Made by a program: the position numbers and the translations under genes. The notes under the pieces are model-generated. The model saw only the letters and a program-made list of their open reading frames with translations, did no database searches and was not told the origin of the DNA. 64,000 nt of DNA from NCBI GenBank assembly GCA_947626095.1, contig CANQQV010000003.1, forward strand, positions 82,458 through 146,457, read 5' to 3'. Positions within the stretch are counted from its first letter, which is position 1. Each line of letters begins with the position of its first letter. Shown piece by piece: positions 40,407 through 50,397 of this stretch. This DNA is from an uncultured Bacilli bacterium (GTDB taxonomy: Bacteria > Bacillota_I > Bacilli_A > RF39 > UBA660).

Positions 40407-42005
40407 CTAATATATTTTTTCTACTTCAATAATATCTTTATCTGTCTCATAGTAACCGATTTTTATTTTATCTCCTACTTCAAGTAGAGGTAAACGATCA
40501 CTTAATGAAATAGAAGCCTTATAAGTTTTATTTTCTGTTGTTAAATAATAATGTGTATAACCACCAATTATTCCAGTTTTAATCTTACTAATAGTTATTT
40601 CTTCAATCTTTAATTCATCATCACTAGCTTCTTTTTTGATAGCTTTTAAATAATTATCTTTAGCTACTTCAATTCCTTTTGAAGCATCAGTAACAACTAC
40701 TTTTTGATAGTCTTTTACATCAACAAATCCATACATTTTAACTAAACCACTAGAATCTTTTAAACTTACTAAGTAAGTAGGATTTCCTTTTAAATTAATT
40801 AATAATGGGAATGTTGAAGTATATCCCATATCTTGGACTTGACCTTCAGCACTACTCATTGCACTAAATTCTTCCGCTCCTGGAACATTATAGTATGTTG
40901 TTTTACCAGTTCTCATATTCGTTAAAATAAATCCTAAATTAGATTCATCGCTAACTACACTAGTTATTCCGGTATATAAATAAATATCATCATTCATCGC
41001 TAAATAATTATAACCTTCTGTTGTATTTACAACATTCTTTTGTCCAAAAATACTATTAAAGAAACCATTTTTGTAGTTGCCCCAATCGTCAACTTGTTCA
41101 ATTACTAATGATGCTGAATAAGCAATATCGACCCATGAAGGTATATCTTCTTTTTTATATTTAGTTGATTCACCTGTAACTGGATCAAAAATAATAACAC
41201 CAGTTACTTTAGCTTTTAAACCAACTGCTGTATAACTAATAGTCGGTACAATATAATAAGGATTTCCCTCATTATCTATCTCAAAAGAAATATTGCCAAA
41301 ATTAGTAGTTGGATAAGTAAATCTTAATTTACGTTCTAACTTTTCATTAAATAAAGCACTAGATGAATACTTCATTCCTTTTTTTAAACGCGTTAATTTA
41401 GACTCGCCTGTTACACTATCAACGGTAATATAACCGACAATTCCCTCTTTACGATTTGTAAACCATTTAATTGCATCAGCATACTCTAATGGCGTTACTC
41501 TTAAAATAGAATCATTATAATTAATTTGCGTATATAAATTAGAAACACTAAACTGACTTACTAACTCACTTACTTGGCCCATTACACGATCACCTAAAAC
41601 TTCTGAAGAAGCACGATCAAGTAAAGGCAAATGATTAAAATTAACTTCAGCAATATCTTCAGTAAAATTACCACTCTCATCAACACTAATTCTTTGTTGA
41701 TAACTCTTAGCATTAAATAATGGAGAACAAATAAAATTAACAATTAATATTAAAACAAATACTGAACCTATTCCTAAAATGGCATAAATCATTGTATTAG
41801 GTAATTGATAATTTACTTTTTTACCTTTTTTAAATAATTCCACACTATTAAAACTACTCAAACTATCTAAAATAGCATATATGAAAACTAAGAAAGCAAT
41901 AAAGGCATAAAAACCAAAGTTATTTAAATTAATAGCTGGCAAAGTAATATAATAAATTATAAAACCTAAAACTAAAGTAATTAAAATATTTATTATTTTT
42001 CTCAT
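40407..42005 (-). CDS. Conserved Firmicutes membrane protein (three TM helices plus a large extracellular domain)
   Basis: YYITLPAIN, RVTPLEY, P.WVD..Y, YTGITSV..DESN.GF and AEE.SAM.SAEGQVQ motifs. Confidence 0.75.
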   Translation of the reverse strand: MRKIINILITLVLGFIIYYITLPAINLNNFGFYAFIAFLVFIYAILDSLSSFNSVELFKKGKKVNYQLPNTMIYAILGIGSVFVLILIVNFICSPLFNAKSYQQRISVDESGNFTEDIAEVNFNHLPLLDRASSEVLGDRVMGQVSELVSQFSVSNLYTQINYNDSILRVTPLEYADAIKWFTNRKEGIVGYITVDSVTGESKLTRLKKGMKYSSSALFNEKLERKLRFTYPTTNFGNISFEIDNEGNPYYIVPTISYTAVGLKAKVTGVIIFDPVTGESTKYKKEDIPSWVDIAYSASLVIEQVDDWGNYKNGFFNSIFGQKNVVNTTEGYNYLAMNDDIYLYTGITSVVSDESNLGFILTNMRTGKTTYYNVPGAEEFSAMSSAEGQVQDMGYTSTFPLLINLKGNPTYLVSLKDSSGLVKMYGFVDVKDYQKVVVTDASKGIEVAKDNYLKAIKKEASDDELKIEEITISKIKTGIIGGYTHYYLTTENKTYKASISLSDRLPLLEVGDKIKIGYYETDKDIIEVEKIY

Positions 42006-42026
42006 ATAGTATCACCTACTTATATT

Positions 42027-43859
42027 CTACCATACTTTTAATAATTTAGAATTATTATCCGTAAAATATCTTTGATATCTTAAAGCTTGATAACCGACCA
42101 TATTAGCTGCTTCTAATAACATCTTATCATCGATATCACTAAGTATTGGATTTTCTTTTAATATAACTACTAACTTATCCCAATCTAAACTAAGATATTC
42201 ACTATTAGATAAGATAATTGTTTTTATTATTTTACCTAGTTCTAATAATTTCATTTCTTTTTCCGTTTTATGTACAATATCTAATGAATTACCTTTTATT
42301 AAAGCAAAATCAACTGAACTACGAAGAACTAAATATTTATTATATAATGACCAATAATCAATCTCCTTCACTTCATAATGTATACCTTCAATATAATAAC
42401 CATTTTCTAATATATAATTTATAATATCTAATAAATTCATTGTATATATCTTTTCTTTTAAAGTTATTATTAAATAATTAAATAATGTATTATACTTATT
42501 AGCTACATCTTCTTTATAAAGAGAAAGATAATATTTAGATAGATTTTCCCTAGTTTCTATTTTATTTGTAAATTCTTCTAATTCTGTAAGATTATTGACT
42601 ACATAAGCTTTATTATCTATAACTATTATCAATCCTACATCATCATTAGAATTATCGAACTTAATAAACTTAGCCTCAAAATTATCTACTAATCTTTTTA
42701 ATAATTTATTAACATTATCATCTTCAATACAATGCTCAACATTAACAATTAACGAAACCATTTTTTGTAAAAAATCTAGTTTCCCTTGTGCTTTATAAAA
42801 TTCGTAATTTGCAAGATAGAAATTTTTCATATATAAAAGACGATGACGACCATTTTTTATTTCATATTTACCATTGAATTTTTTGACAACAAAATCATAA
42901 GTATCCTTTATTTTTTGAATATTAACATATGATGAAGAACTTATCTTACTTCTTGTCCCATTAAAATCCAACGCTCCATAAATTAAATCAACATCATAAT
43001 CAGTATCACCCGTAAATTCTGAATTACTATAAATAAAATCCATATTTATTGGTAATTCTTCTAAACGTGAATAAGTAACGTAATATCTATTTTCTTCTTT
43101 TTTAGTTTCCTGCGTCTCCTCTTTTGCTTTTTTCTTATTACATATCTGTTCAATAGTATACCAAGTAGGAAGTTCAATATACGTTAAATTGAAAGGTAAT
43201 ATTTTATCTTTAACTAATTTCCTCGGTATTACAACAATATTTGGTTTTTGCCCAATAAAAGCATTAAACCATTTTTTGGCTTTCCTTACAATAAAAGCTC
43301 CTGTTTTTTCTGGTACATTCTCAAGTCTTTTTTCTAAAATTGCATAATAATGACTAACTTCATCAACCGTATAATCTTGTTCTTCTGTTTGTGGTACTTT
43401 TAAAATGCTTTTATAAAATATTTTTGGAAAAGTAAATGCCGTTATTAGCGCCTTATCTAAATCACTAAATAACTCTCGTTCTTCTTTACTTGCTACACCA
43501 TTAATTGTTACTTCTCTTTCTATTTGCTTTAATTCAAAAAGATATTTCAAAGAATTTTTATTAAAATCAATACCCTTTTTTTGTATATCTTTTTTTAAAT
43601 ATTCGTTAGTTACATAAAAAATATAATTATTATCAAATTCACTAGGTTTTATTATCTCCAATAAATGCTTTACATCCTTACTAACAATAAAATTCTTACT
43701 ATTTAAATAATAATTTATTATTAAGCTAAGATTAGATATAAATCGTGCAACATCATTATTTCCATAATCACACAAAGAAACTAAAAAATTTTCATCTTTT
43801 AGTAATTCATTAATTATTTTAACTCTTTGTTTTAAATTTTTCTTAAGTGCTAATTTCAC
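42027..43859 (-). CDS. Hypothetical protein with a ParB/Srx-like motif
   Basis: VVKKFNGKYEIKNGRHRLLY resembles the ParB N-terminal GxxR motif; GTG start with AGGAA RBS. Confidence 0.6.
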   Translation of the reverse strand: MKLALKKNLKQRVKIINELLKDENFLVSLCDYGNNDVARFISNLSLIINYYLNSKNFIVSKDVKHLLEIIKPSEFDNNYIFYVTNEYLKKDIQKKGIDFNKNSLKYLFELKQIEREVTINGVASKEERELFSDLDKALITAFTFPKIFYKSILKVPQTEEQDYTVDEVSHYYAILEKRLENVPEKTGAFIVRKAKKWFNAFIGQKPNIVVIPRKLVKDKILPFNLTYIELPTWYTIEQICNKKKAKEETQETKKEENRYYVTYSRLEELPINMDFIYSNSEFTGDTDYDVDLIYGALDFNGTRSKISSSSYVNIQKIKDTYDFVVKKFNGKYEIKNGRHRLLYMKNFYLANYEFYKAQGKLDFLQKMVSLIVNVEHCIEDDNVNKLLKRLVDNFEAKFIKFDNSNDDVGLIIVIDNKAYVVNNLTELEEFTNKIETRENLSKYYLSLYKEDVANKYNTLFNYLIITLKEKIYTMNLLDIINYILENGYYIEGIHYEVKEIDYWSLYNKYLVLRSSVDFALIKGNSLDIVHKTEKEMKLLELGKIIKTIILSNSEYLSLDWDKLVVILKENPILSDIDDKMLLEAANMVGYQALRYQRYFTDNNSKLLKVW

Positions 43860-43922
43860 AATTAATATTCCTCTTTAATGAGTGATATTATACTATATTA
43901 ATTGTCTTTAGTAAAATACAAC

Positions 43923-44330
43923 CTACTGACACAAATCGGCTACTTTTTGATATAAATCTGACTCATAAATATATAGTGCTTGCATATCTCCACGATAAAC
44001 TAAATAATTATTTCCATCAAAAGCAATATAATCAGTTCCCTTTGTAATACGATAAGTTCCATTAATTGATGCTCCTGGATATTTATAACTATCATCTAAT
44101 AACATAATATTACTAAATTCACTATTAATCTCTATCAAATCATCTGTCGTTATCTTACATTCTCTATATTCTTTAGTTTCACCATCATCATAATGCTTAT
44201 AAACTTTAATTTCTGAAGTCTCTTGCGCACTATTTTTAGATGAAACATTGGAAACGACAATTACAAAACAAACTGTAAGCATAATTGCTGCGACAACAAC
44301 TGCAATTTTAATTTCTCTATTATTAGTCAT
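43923..44330 (-). CDS. Hypothetical membrane-anchored protein
   Basis: One N-terminal TM helix; GGTGA RBS. Confidence 0.65.
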   Translation of the reverse strand: MTNNREIKIAVVVAAIMLTVCFVIVVSNVSSKNSAQETSEIKVYKHYDDGETKEYRECKITTDDLIEINSEFSNIMLLDDSYKYPGASINGTYRITKGTDYIAFDGNNYLVYRGDMQALYIYESDLYQKVADLCQ

Positions 44331-44389
44331 TACTATCACCAAATCAAGTATATCATATTAACTAATTTTTGGCATATTTTTTGCAACGA

Positions 44390-44410
44390 AAAAAGGAAGC
44401 AAAGCTTCCT
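44390..44410 (-). terminator. Intrinsic terminator after the thioester-domain gene
   Basis: AGGAAGC/GCTTCCT stem followed by a U-tract on the minus strand. Confidence 0.75.
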
Positions 44411-45665
44411 AATTAAATTTCTTTGGACGTTTTACAATTAGTACAATACCAGATACTATTATAAATGTTGCAATTATAACAAAACTAATACTACCAATTG
44501 TGTTTGGATTTTCTACATATGTTACTACAATATTTTTACTACTATCAATATTTCTTTTTACTAAGTTGCCACCAACCATAGTTTGTGATTTGTCTTTACC
44601 TTGAGTAGATTCAAAAGCATAAACTTCAACAACTTGTTCTTCTCCAGAAATATTAACTGTTAAATTATAATTATAACTTTTAATATCATGTAATTTAACT
44701 ACATAATCACCATTTGAATTAATAGGTAATGAAGATAAATCAAACTTAGCTAATTCTTCACCTTTTTGTGATACAGTAACATTTAATTTATCATTAGCAG
44801 TCGCTTTACGATTTGTTTTAACATAGAAAGCAAAATCACTTTCTTCTTTTTCGTAAGTAACATCTTTAATAGCTATTGGATCATTTGTTTCTTTTAATGT
44901 AATTAAATAATTATAAATTGCTTCAATATCATTTTGAACATAATCAAATTTCTTTTTCTCTGTAATATCATCTGTTTTATAACCATTTTGCTTTAAAACA
45001 GTATTTGCTGATAATTGAATAGTATTATAATAAACATCTATTACCTTTCCAGGATCAGTAAAATGATAAATAGCCATTGAAATAGCATCAAGAAGTTCAT
45101 CATCAGTAACACTTGCTACTGGAGTTTCATTCTTAGGAGAAGTAATGTATTTTTTACCATCAACTTCTTTTTCTACTAAAACATTATTAGCAAGTAACTC
45201 ATTAATCATTGTCTCCCTAGAGATATATGGCCATGAATGTCTTAAAATTGCTGTTATATTATCTTTAATATTATCAGCAATAAATGTTGTATCACTTAAT
45301 GATACTTTACGATATGCAATTTGTGAATAAATATCTGGTCCCATATCAGCACATAATACAACAAAATAATCACTCATTGTACTATCCCAAGGAACTTGAT
45401 GACTCTCCTTGAAATTACTATATTTTAAATTTTCAACATCCTTAGTAACAACATAAAGACGAGGTGTAAAATTATCCAAAACTTGTTGTTCTTCTTTGGT
45501 TACATATTTACTATAAGTATGTTGACCTACTTTATAATAACCGGCATTGTTAAGTGATGGAACATAATATTCATCTTCTTCTGCTTTGACAGTCATAAAT
45601 CCACAAATTGACATCAATACTGTCAAAAAAATTGCAACATAAAAACTTTTACTCTTAATTCTCAT
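44409..45665 (-). CDS. Cell-wall-anchored thioester-domain (TED, Cys-Gln) adhesin-like protein
   Basis: Signal peptide; VLCAD (Cys), AISMAIYHFTD (TQxAIW-like), SQTMV (Gln); C-terminal NPNT + TM + basic tail. Confidence 0.75.
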   Translation of the reverse strand: MRIKSKSFYVAIFLTVLMSICGFMTVKAEEDEYYVPSLNNAGYYKVGQHTYSKYVTKEEQQVLDNFTPRLYVVTKDVENLKYSNFKESHQVPWDSTMSDYFVVLCADMGPDIYSQIAYRKVSLSDTTFIADNIKDNITAILRHSWPYISRETMINELLANNVLVEKEVDGKKYITSPKNETPVASVTDDELLDAISMAIYHFTDPGKVIDVYYNTIQLSANTVLKQNGYKTDDITEKKKFDYVQNDIEAIYNYLITLKETNDPIAIKDVTYEKEESDFAFYVKTNRKATANDKLNVTVSQKGEELAKFDLSSLPINSNGDYVVKLHDIKSYNYNLTVNISGEEQVVEVYAFESTQGKDKSQTMVGGNLVKRNIDSSKNIVVTYVENPNTIGSISFVIIATFIIVSGIVLIVKRPKKFN

Positions 45666-45742
45666 TAATAAATTCCTTCCCTATCTTATATTAATGATAT
45701 TGTAACCTTTATGTCTATTTTTGTCAACGAATACGAATTATT

Positions 45743-46948
45743 TTACTCTTTAACTTTGTCAAGTACACAAAAGCTTTCGATTCCGTGTGTGTAAGGGAAC
45801 ATATCTAAACCTTTAATTAATTTGATATTATAAAATTCCTTTAATATTCCTAAATCTCTAGCTAAAGTCATCGGATCACACGAAATATAAATTATTTTAT
45901 CCGGTTTAAATTCTCTTAACGTATTTATTGTCTCTTTATCTAATCCAGCTCTAGGTGGATCAACTATCACTGTATTAAGATGTTCTTTTATCTTCGGCAA
46001 ACACTTACTAGCTTCTCCTAACATATAATAAACGTTATCTCTTTTATTAATCTTTGCATTAGTTATAGCATTTAATACCGCATTACGAACTATTTCAATG
46101 CCAAAAGTTTTTTTCGCATTCTTTGAAGCATTAATCCCTAAAGTTCCGACTCCACAATATAAATCTAAAATAACTTCATTATCACCTATATATTCATTTA
46201 CTAAATTAAATAATTTGGCGCAAATATCTCTATTTATTTGAAAGAATGAATCATAAGAAACGGTAAATAATTGATGATTAATAAGTTCTATAAAAGATGA
46301 ATCACCATCAATAACTTTATCATTTACTATAATCCCTGCTATCTTATGCTTTGTTTTTAAATAAGCTATATCCGGTTCTATTTTATCTTTCGTTTTAATC
46401 CATAACAATAATTCATTATTATAGTTACTCCTAATTACTAACTCCCCATTATTAACATTTAAATATTTAATATCCTCTATAAAATCATTAATTGCTTCTT
46501 CAGCAATTGGACACTTATCAATCACCACAATCCTATGAGTTGCTTCCATATAATATCCGACTTTTTTCTTCTTTATCTTTAAAGTAACTTTATTACGATA
46601 ATTAAAATCTTTCGAAGCAACCATTTCTATCTCTTTATCAATCTTCGCATATTTATAAATAATACTTTTTAACTTATCTTCTTTAAATTTTAATGTATCT
46701 TCATACTTCATATGTAGTAAGTTACAACCACCACACAAATCATAATAAGGACAAATACTATCTACTCTCTTTGGACTTTTTTTAATATATTCCGTTACAA
46801 CCGCTTCATTATATTTTTTATATTCTTTAGTAATTTTAATATTAACTATTTCCTCTGGTAAAGCATTAACCACAAAAGTTATTTTATCATTAACATAGCA
46901 TATTCCTCGTCCAAAATTATCTAATTTAACTATTTCTAAATTATTCAT
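45743..46948 (-). CDS. rlmD: 23S rRNA (uracil-C5)-methyltransferase, RlmD/TrmA family
   Basis: TRAM domain, CPYY..CGGC Fe-S motif, SFFQIN, DLYCGVG, VDPPRAG, YISC and DMFP.T. Confidence 0.9.
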   Translation of the reverse strand: MNNLEIVKLDNFGRGICYVNDKITFVVNALPEEIVNIKITKEYKKYNEAVVTEYIKKSPKRVDSICPYYDLCGGCNLLHMKYEDTLKFKEDKLKSIIYKYAKIDKEIEMVASKDFNYRNKVTLKIKKKKVGYYMEATHRIVVIDKCPIAEEAINDFIEDIKYLNVNNGELVIRSNYNNELLLWIKTKDKIEPDIAYLKTKHKIAGIIVNDKVIDGDSSFIELINHQLFTVSYDSFFQINRDICAKLFNLVNEYIGDNEVILDLYCGVGTLGINASKNAKKTFGIEIVRNAVLNAITNAKINKRDNVYYMLGEASKCLPKIKEHLNTVIVDPPRAGLDKETINTLREFKPDKIIYISCDPMTLARDLGILKEFYNIKLIKGLDMFPYTHGIESFCVLDKVKE

Positions 46949-47003
46949 ATTAATACCTCATCTTAATTATACTAAATTATAAATTATAAAGATAATTATT
47001 TTC

Positions 47004-47032
47004 TTATATTTTAACAATTATTGGTAATAATA
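47004..47032 (+). promoter_or_regulatory. SigmaF/sigmaG-like forespore promoter of the ger operon
   Basis: TTATA-14 nt-GGTAATAATA; the -10 matches sigmaF GGnnAnAnTw. Confidence 0.5.
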
Positions 47033-47047
47033 TTACTGGTGAATTAT

Positions 47048-48421
47048 ATGCTATATGACAGAATAAAAAAAGAATTTCATAATTCTAGTGACTTAAAACA
47101 TAAAAAGATTAACGAAGTACATGTTATTTATTTAGAAAGTTTATGTAGTAGTAACAGTATTAACGATTTTATTTTAATGAATCTAACTATTGGTAAACCA
47201 TATGTCTTTTTAAAAGATATAATAAGTGGTCCAAATGTTATTTATTTAACTAATGAAAACCAAATTAGTGAATACTTACTTAACGGTTTTGCTCTAATAT
47301 ATGATAATAACGACATGCTTGTTTGTGAAGTAAAGGGTGACTTATATCGTAGTGTTAGCGTTCCTCTAGCTGAAACCTCCGTAAACGGTCCTAAAGATGC
47401 TTTTAACGAAAATATTATCGTTAATTTAGGTCTTATTAAACGAAGAATTAAATCCCCTAATCTTATTAACATTGATTATGATTTAGGACGAAAAACTAAG
47501 ACTAAAGTTTCTCTCTTATATATAAAAGATATTGCTAAAAATAAATTTGTTAAACTAATTAATGATCGTCTTAAAAAAATTGATATTGATGGTATTATCG
47601 ATATCGAAATACTATACACTATTTTAAGTAGTAAACACCCTCTACCCACTATCTTAAAAACTGAACGACCAGATAAAGTATGTAATGCTTTATTAGAAGG
47701 AAAAATTGTTTTAATCGCTGATAACTCATCCTATGCCTTAATCCTTCCAGCTTTCTTTGTTGATTTTATTAATCCGCAAGGTGATAACTATGTTAAAGCC
47801 ATTAATGCTAACTTCTTAAAAGCCTTAAGATTTTTATGTTTAATTATCACTATTACTCTCCCAGCTTTATATATTTCGATAATTAATTATAATTCTGAAT
47901 CAATACCTTTAAACCTTCTTATTTCCTTTCAAGCCGCCCGTAGTGGTGTTCCCTTTCCTTCAGCCTTCGAAGCTTTCTTTATGATAATTCTCTGTGCAAT
48001 CTTACGCGAAAGTGACATGCGTTTCCCTTCTAATTTTGGTAGTTCCATTTCTATCTTAGGTGCTTTAATTCTTGGTGAAGCAGCCGTTGCGGCTAACATC
48101 GCAAGTCCTATTATGATAATCATTATTGGTATTACTTTTATAACTGGCTTAGTCTTTAATAGCGGCGATATTATTGATGGCTTCCGTTATTATCGTTTCT
48201 TACTTCTATTTATGGCTACAATCTTAGGCTTATATGGCCTTGTACTAGGTCTATTCCTTGTTCTTCTTCACTTAACTAGTTTAAAAACTTTAGATGAACC
48301 ATATTTATATCCTATTGCTCCTTTTGATAAAACATACTTTTTTAAAACTGTTTTAAAAAATAATAAAGATTATAAACGTAGTAAAGTCCTATCTAATAAT
48401 ACAAACAAGGTGAAACTATGA
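47048..48421 (+). CDS. gerKA: Spore germination receptor subunit A (GerAA/GerKA family)
   Basis: GPKDAFNE, N.GLIKRRI, TERPD...LLEGK, R.GVPFP, E...R.P and IG..ILGEAAV.A motifs. Confidence 0.93.
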   Translation: MLYDRIKKEFHNSSDLKHKKINEVHVIYLESLCSSNSINDFILMNLTIGKPYVFLKDIISGPNVIYLTNENQISEYLLNGFALIYDNNDMLVCEVKGDLYRSVSVPLAETSVNGPKDAFNENIIVNLGLIKRRIKSPNLINIDYDLGRKTKTKVSLLYIKDIAKNKFVKLINDRLKKIDIDGIIDIEILYTILSSKHPLPTILKTERPDKVCNALLEGKIVLIADNSSYALILPAFFVDFINPQGDNYVKAINANFLKALRFLCLIITITLPALYISIINYNSESIPLNLLISFQAARSGVPFPSAFEAFFMIILCAILRESDMRFPSNFGSSISILGALILGEAAVAANIASPIMIIIIGITFITGLVFNSGDIIDGFRYYRFLLLFMATILGLYGLVLGLFLVLLHLTSLKTLDEPYLYPIAPFDKTYFFKTVLKNNKDYKRSKVLSNNTNKVKL

Positions 48422-49443
48422 AAAAAACAATTATTCTAATTATCATTCTATTAAGTCTTACTGGTTGTTATGATTATCAAGAATTAAACGATACTAGCAT
48501 TATCGATAGTATTGGTTTAGACTATCAAGATGATAAATACATCGTTAGTTTTGAAATAATAAAAAGTATTAAAAATGGGGATTCAGCTACTATCTCAACT
48601 GAAATAGTTAAAGCTGAAGATGAAATACTAGCTAATGCCATTAACAAAGCTATAATGAGTGCTAATAAAAAAGCTTCCTTAAAACATGTTAAATTACTAT
48701 TAATTAGTAAAGCTATGGCTCAAAAAGATATTAATCCCTTAATCGATTATGTTATTAGAGATGTTAATATCAGTACCAATCTATACACTTTAGTATGTGA
48801 TGATCCTGAAATTATCTTTAATACTAAAGTTGAGAATAATACTATTAGCCAAGTAATAATTGATACTATAACTTATAACGTTGAAGCTACATCTTTAGAC
48901 AATATTGATATTATCGCTAGTAATATAATTAATTCTAATGTTGATATTGCCCTACCTTATATAACTTTAGAAGATACTAATGTCATAGCTAATCAAATAG
49001 CTTATTTCCATGATAGTGCTTATGTCGGCCTTATTAACAATAAAATATATAACTTTCTCCTCCTAGATAGCAAAAACATTGAATTTAATAGTAATGAAAC
49101 AGTTTTAAATATTTATCAAAAAGATATTAAATACGATGTTAAAAAAGACGAAATAGATATCATTATTGATGGCCAAGCTAAAGTTAAAGAAATAAACCCC
49201 GGTTATAATTTAAAAGATAAAGAAGTCTATCCTAAAATTGAAAAAGCTATTAATAATGTTATTGAACAAGAATGTCAAGAATTCTTAGAAACAACTCTTA
49301 ATAACAATTCTGATTTATTAGGTTTAAAAGATAAATACTATAAACTATATAAAAGAAAAAAAGAAAATATAAAATATAATATTAAAGCTAATATTCAAAT
49401 AAACCGTAATGGAACAATATATGAGGTGCTAAATGATAAATAA
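48418..49443 (+). CDS. gerKC: Spore germination receptor lipoprotein subunit C (Ger(x)C)
   Basis: Lipobox LTGC, YDYQELND..I..IGLD, D.LG motif; ATGA overlap with subunit A. Confidence 0.9.
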   Translation: MKKTIILIIILLSLTGCYDYQELNDTSIIDSIGLDYQDDKYIVSFEIIKSIKNGDSATISTEIVKAEDEILANAINKAIMSANKKASLKHVKLLLISKAMAQKDINPLIDYVIRDVNISTNLYTLVCDDPEIIFNTKVENNTISQVIIDTITYNVEATSLDNIDIIASNIINSNVDIALPYITLEDTNVIANQIAYFHDSAYVGLINNKIYNFLLLDSKNIEFNSNETVLNIYQKDIKYDVKKDEIDIIIDGQAKVKEINPGYNLKDKEVYPKIEKAINNVIEQECQEFLETTLNNNSDLLGLKDKYYKLYKRKKENIKYNIKANIQINRNGTIYEVLNDK

Positions 49444-50392
49444 AAGACAATATATTATTTTAAGTTTCTTTTTAACGAGAGTTTTATTTGTTGGTGGTGG
49501 CTTTAGTATTCTCATAAATATTAGTAATAATAATACTTTAATATGTTGTTTCTTAGGTATGTTACTAGGTTATTTTTTACTATATTTATTTTATAAAAAA
49601 GGTTCCCTTAATAAATATCTAATTATTATAATCTGTCTTATTACTCTTTTACTAAATACCTTAGCTGATACTACTTTAACTAGTACCTACTTACTATATA
49701 ACACCCCAACTCTTTTTGTTCTATTATTCTTTGTATTAGTTTTACTCTATGGTAGTAAAAAAGAATATAGTGTTATTGGTCGAGTTAGTGAAATATGTAT
49801 TCCTACGTCAATATTTGTCTTCTTAATCGCTCCTATTTCCTTATTTTCTTTAATTAAACTTAACAATATGTTACCCCTATTTAATACTTCATTTTGGTCT
49901 TTTACCAAGGGTATCTTAATCTTTACAGGTACTTCTCTTCTTCCTAATTTACTTCTTCTTAATTATAAAGAAAATTTAAAATTTAAAGATATATCATTAG
50001 GTTATATCCTAGGTTGTCTTACCTTAATCCTTGTCTCATTTTTTATTATAAGTATCTATGGTAGTTCTTTTGCTAGTATTGTTCGTTTTCCAGAATACTT
50101 AATTTTAAAAAAGATTGAATTCTTAGGCTACATAAGTCATATCGAAAATATTTTAGTTATGGAATGGATTATTAATTTAATTATTAGTGGTTTATTCACC
50201 ATTAAAGTCTTAAAAGACAATCTTCATAATTTATATCTTTTTGCTACTACTATTTTATTTCTTATTTTAATTAATGAATTTTTCTTAAATAAAAGTTATG
50301 TTAATATTCTCCTCGTTAAAAATAATATTTCTTATATTTTTCTCCTTGTAATATTTTTAAGTTTAATCATTAAAAAAAGTAAAAAGGCTTAA
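49433..50392 (+). CDS. gerKB: Spore germination receptor subunit B (GerAB/GerKB APC-fold permease), shortened
   Basis: About 10 TM helices, I..RQ, YLLYNTP, IGR.SE, N.LP and FP motifs; third gene of the A-C-B operon. Confidence 0.82.
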   Translation: MINKRQYIILSFFLTRVLFVGGGFSILINISNNNTLICCFLGMLLGYFLLYLFYKKGSLNKYLIIIICLITLLLNTLADTTLTSTYLLYNTPTLFVLLFFVLVLLYGSKKEYSVIGRVSEICIPTSIFVFLIAPISLFSLIKLNNMLPLFNTSFWSFTKGILIFTGTSLLPNLLLLNYKENLKFKDISLGYILGCLTLILVSFFIISIYGSSFASIVRFPEYLILKKIEFLGYISHIENILVMEWIINLIISGLFTIKVLKDNLHNLYLFATTILFLILINEFFLNKSYVNILLVKNNISYIFLLVIFLSLIIKKSKKA

Positions 50393-50397
50393 CCTTT

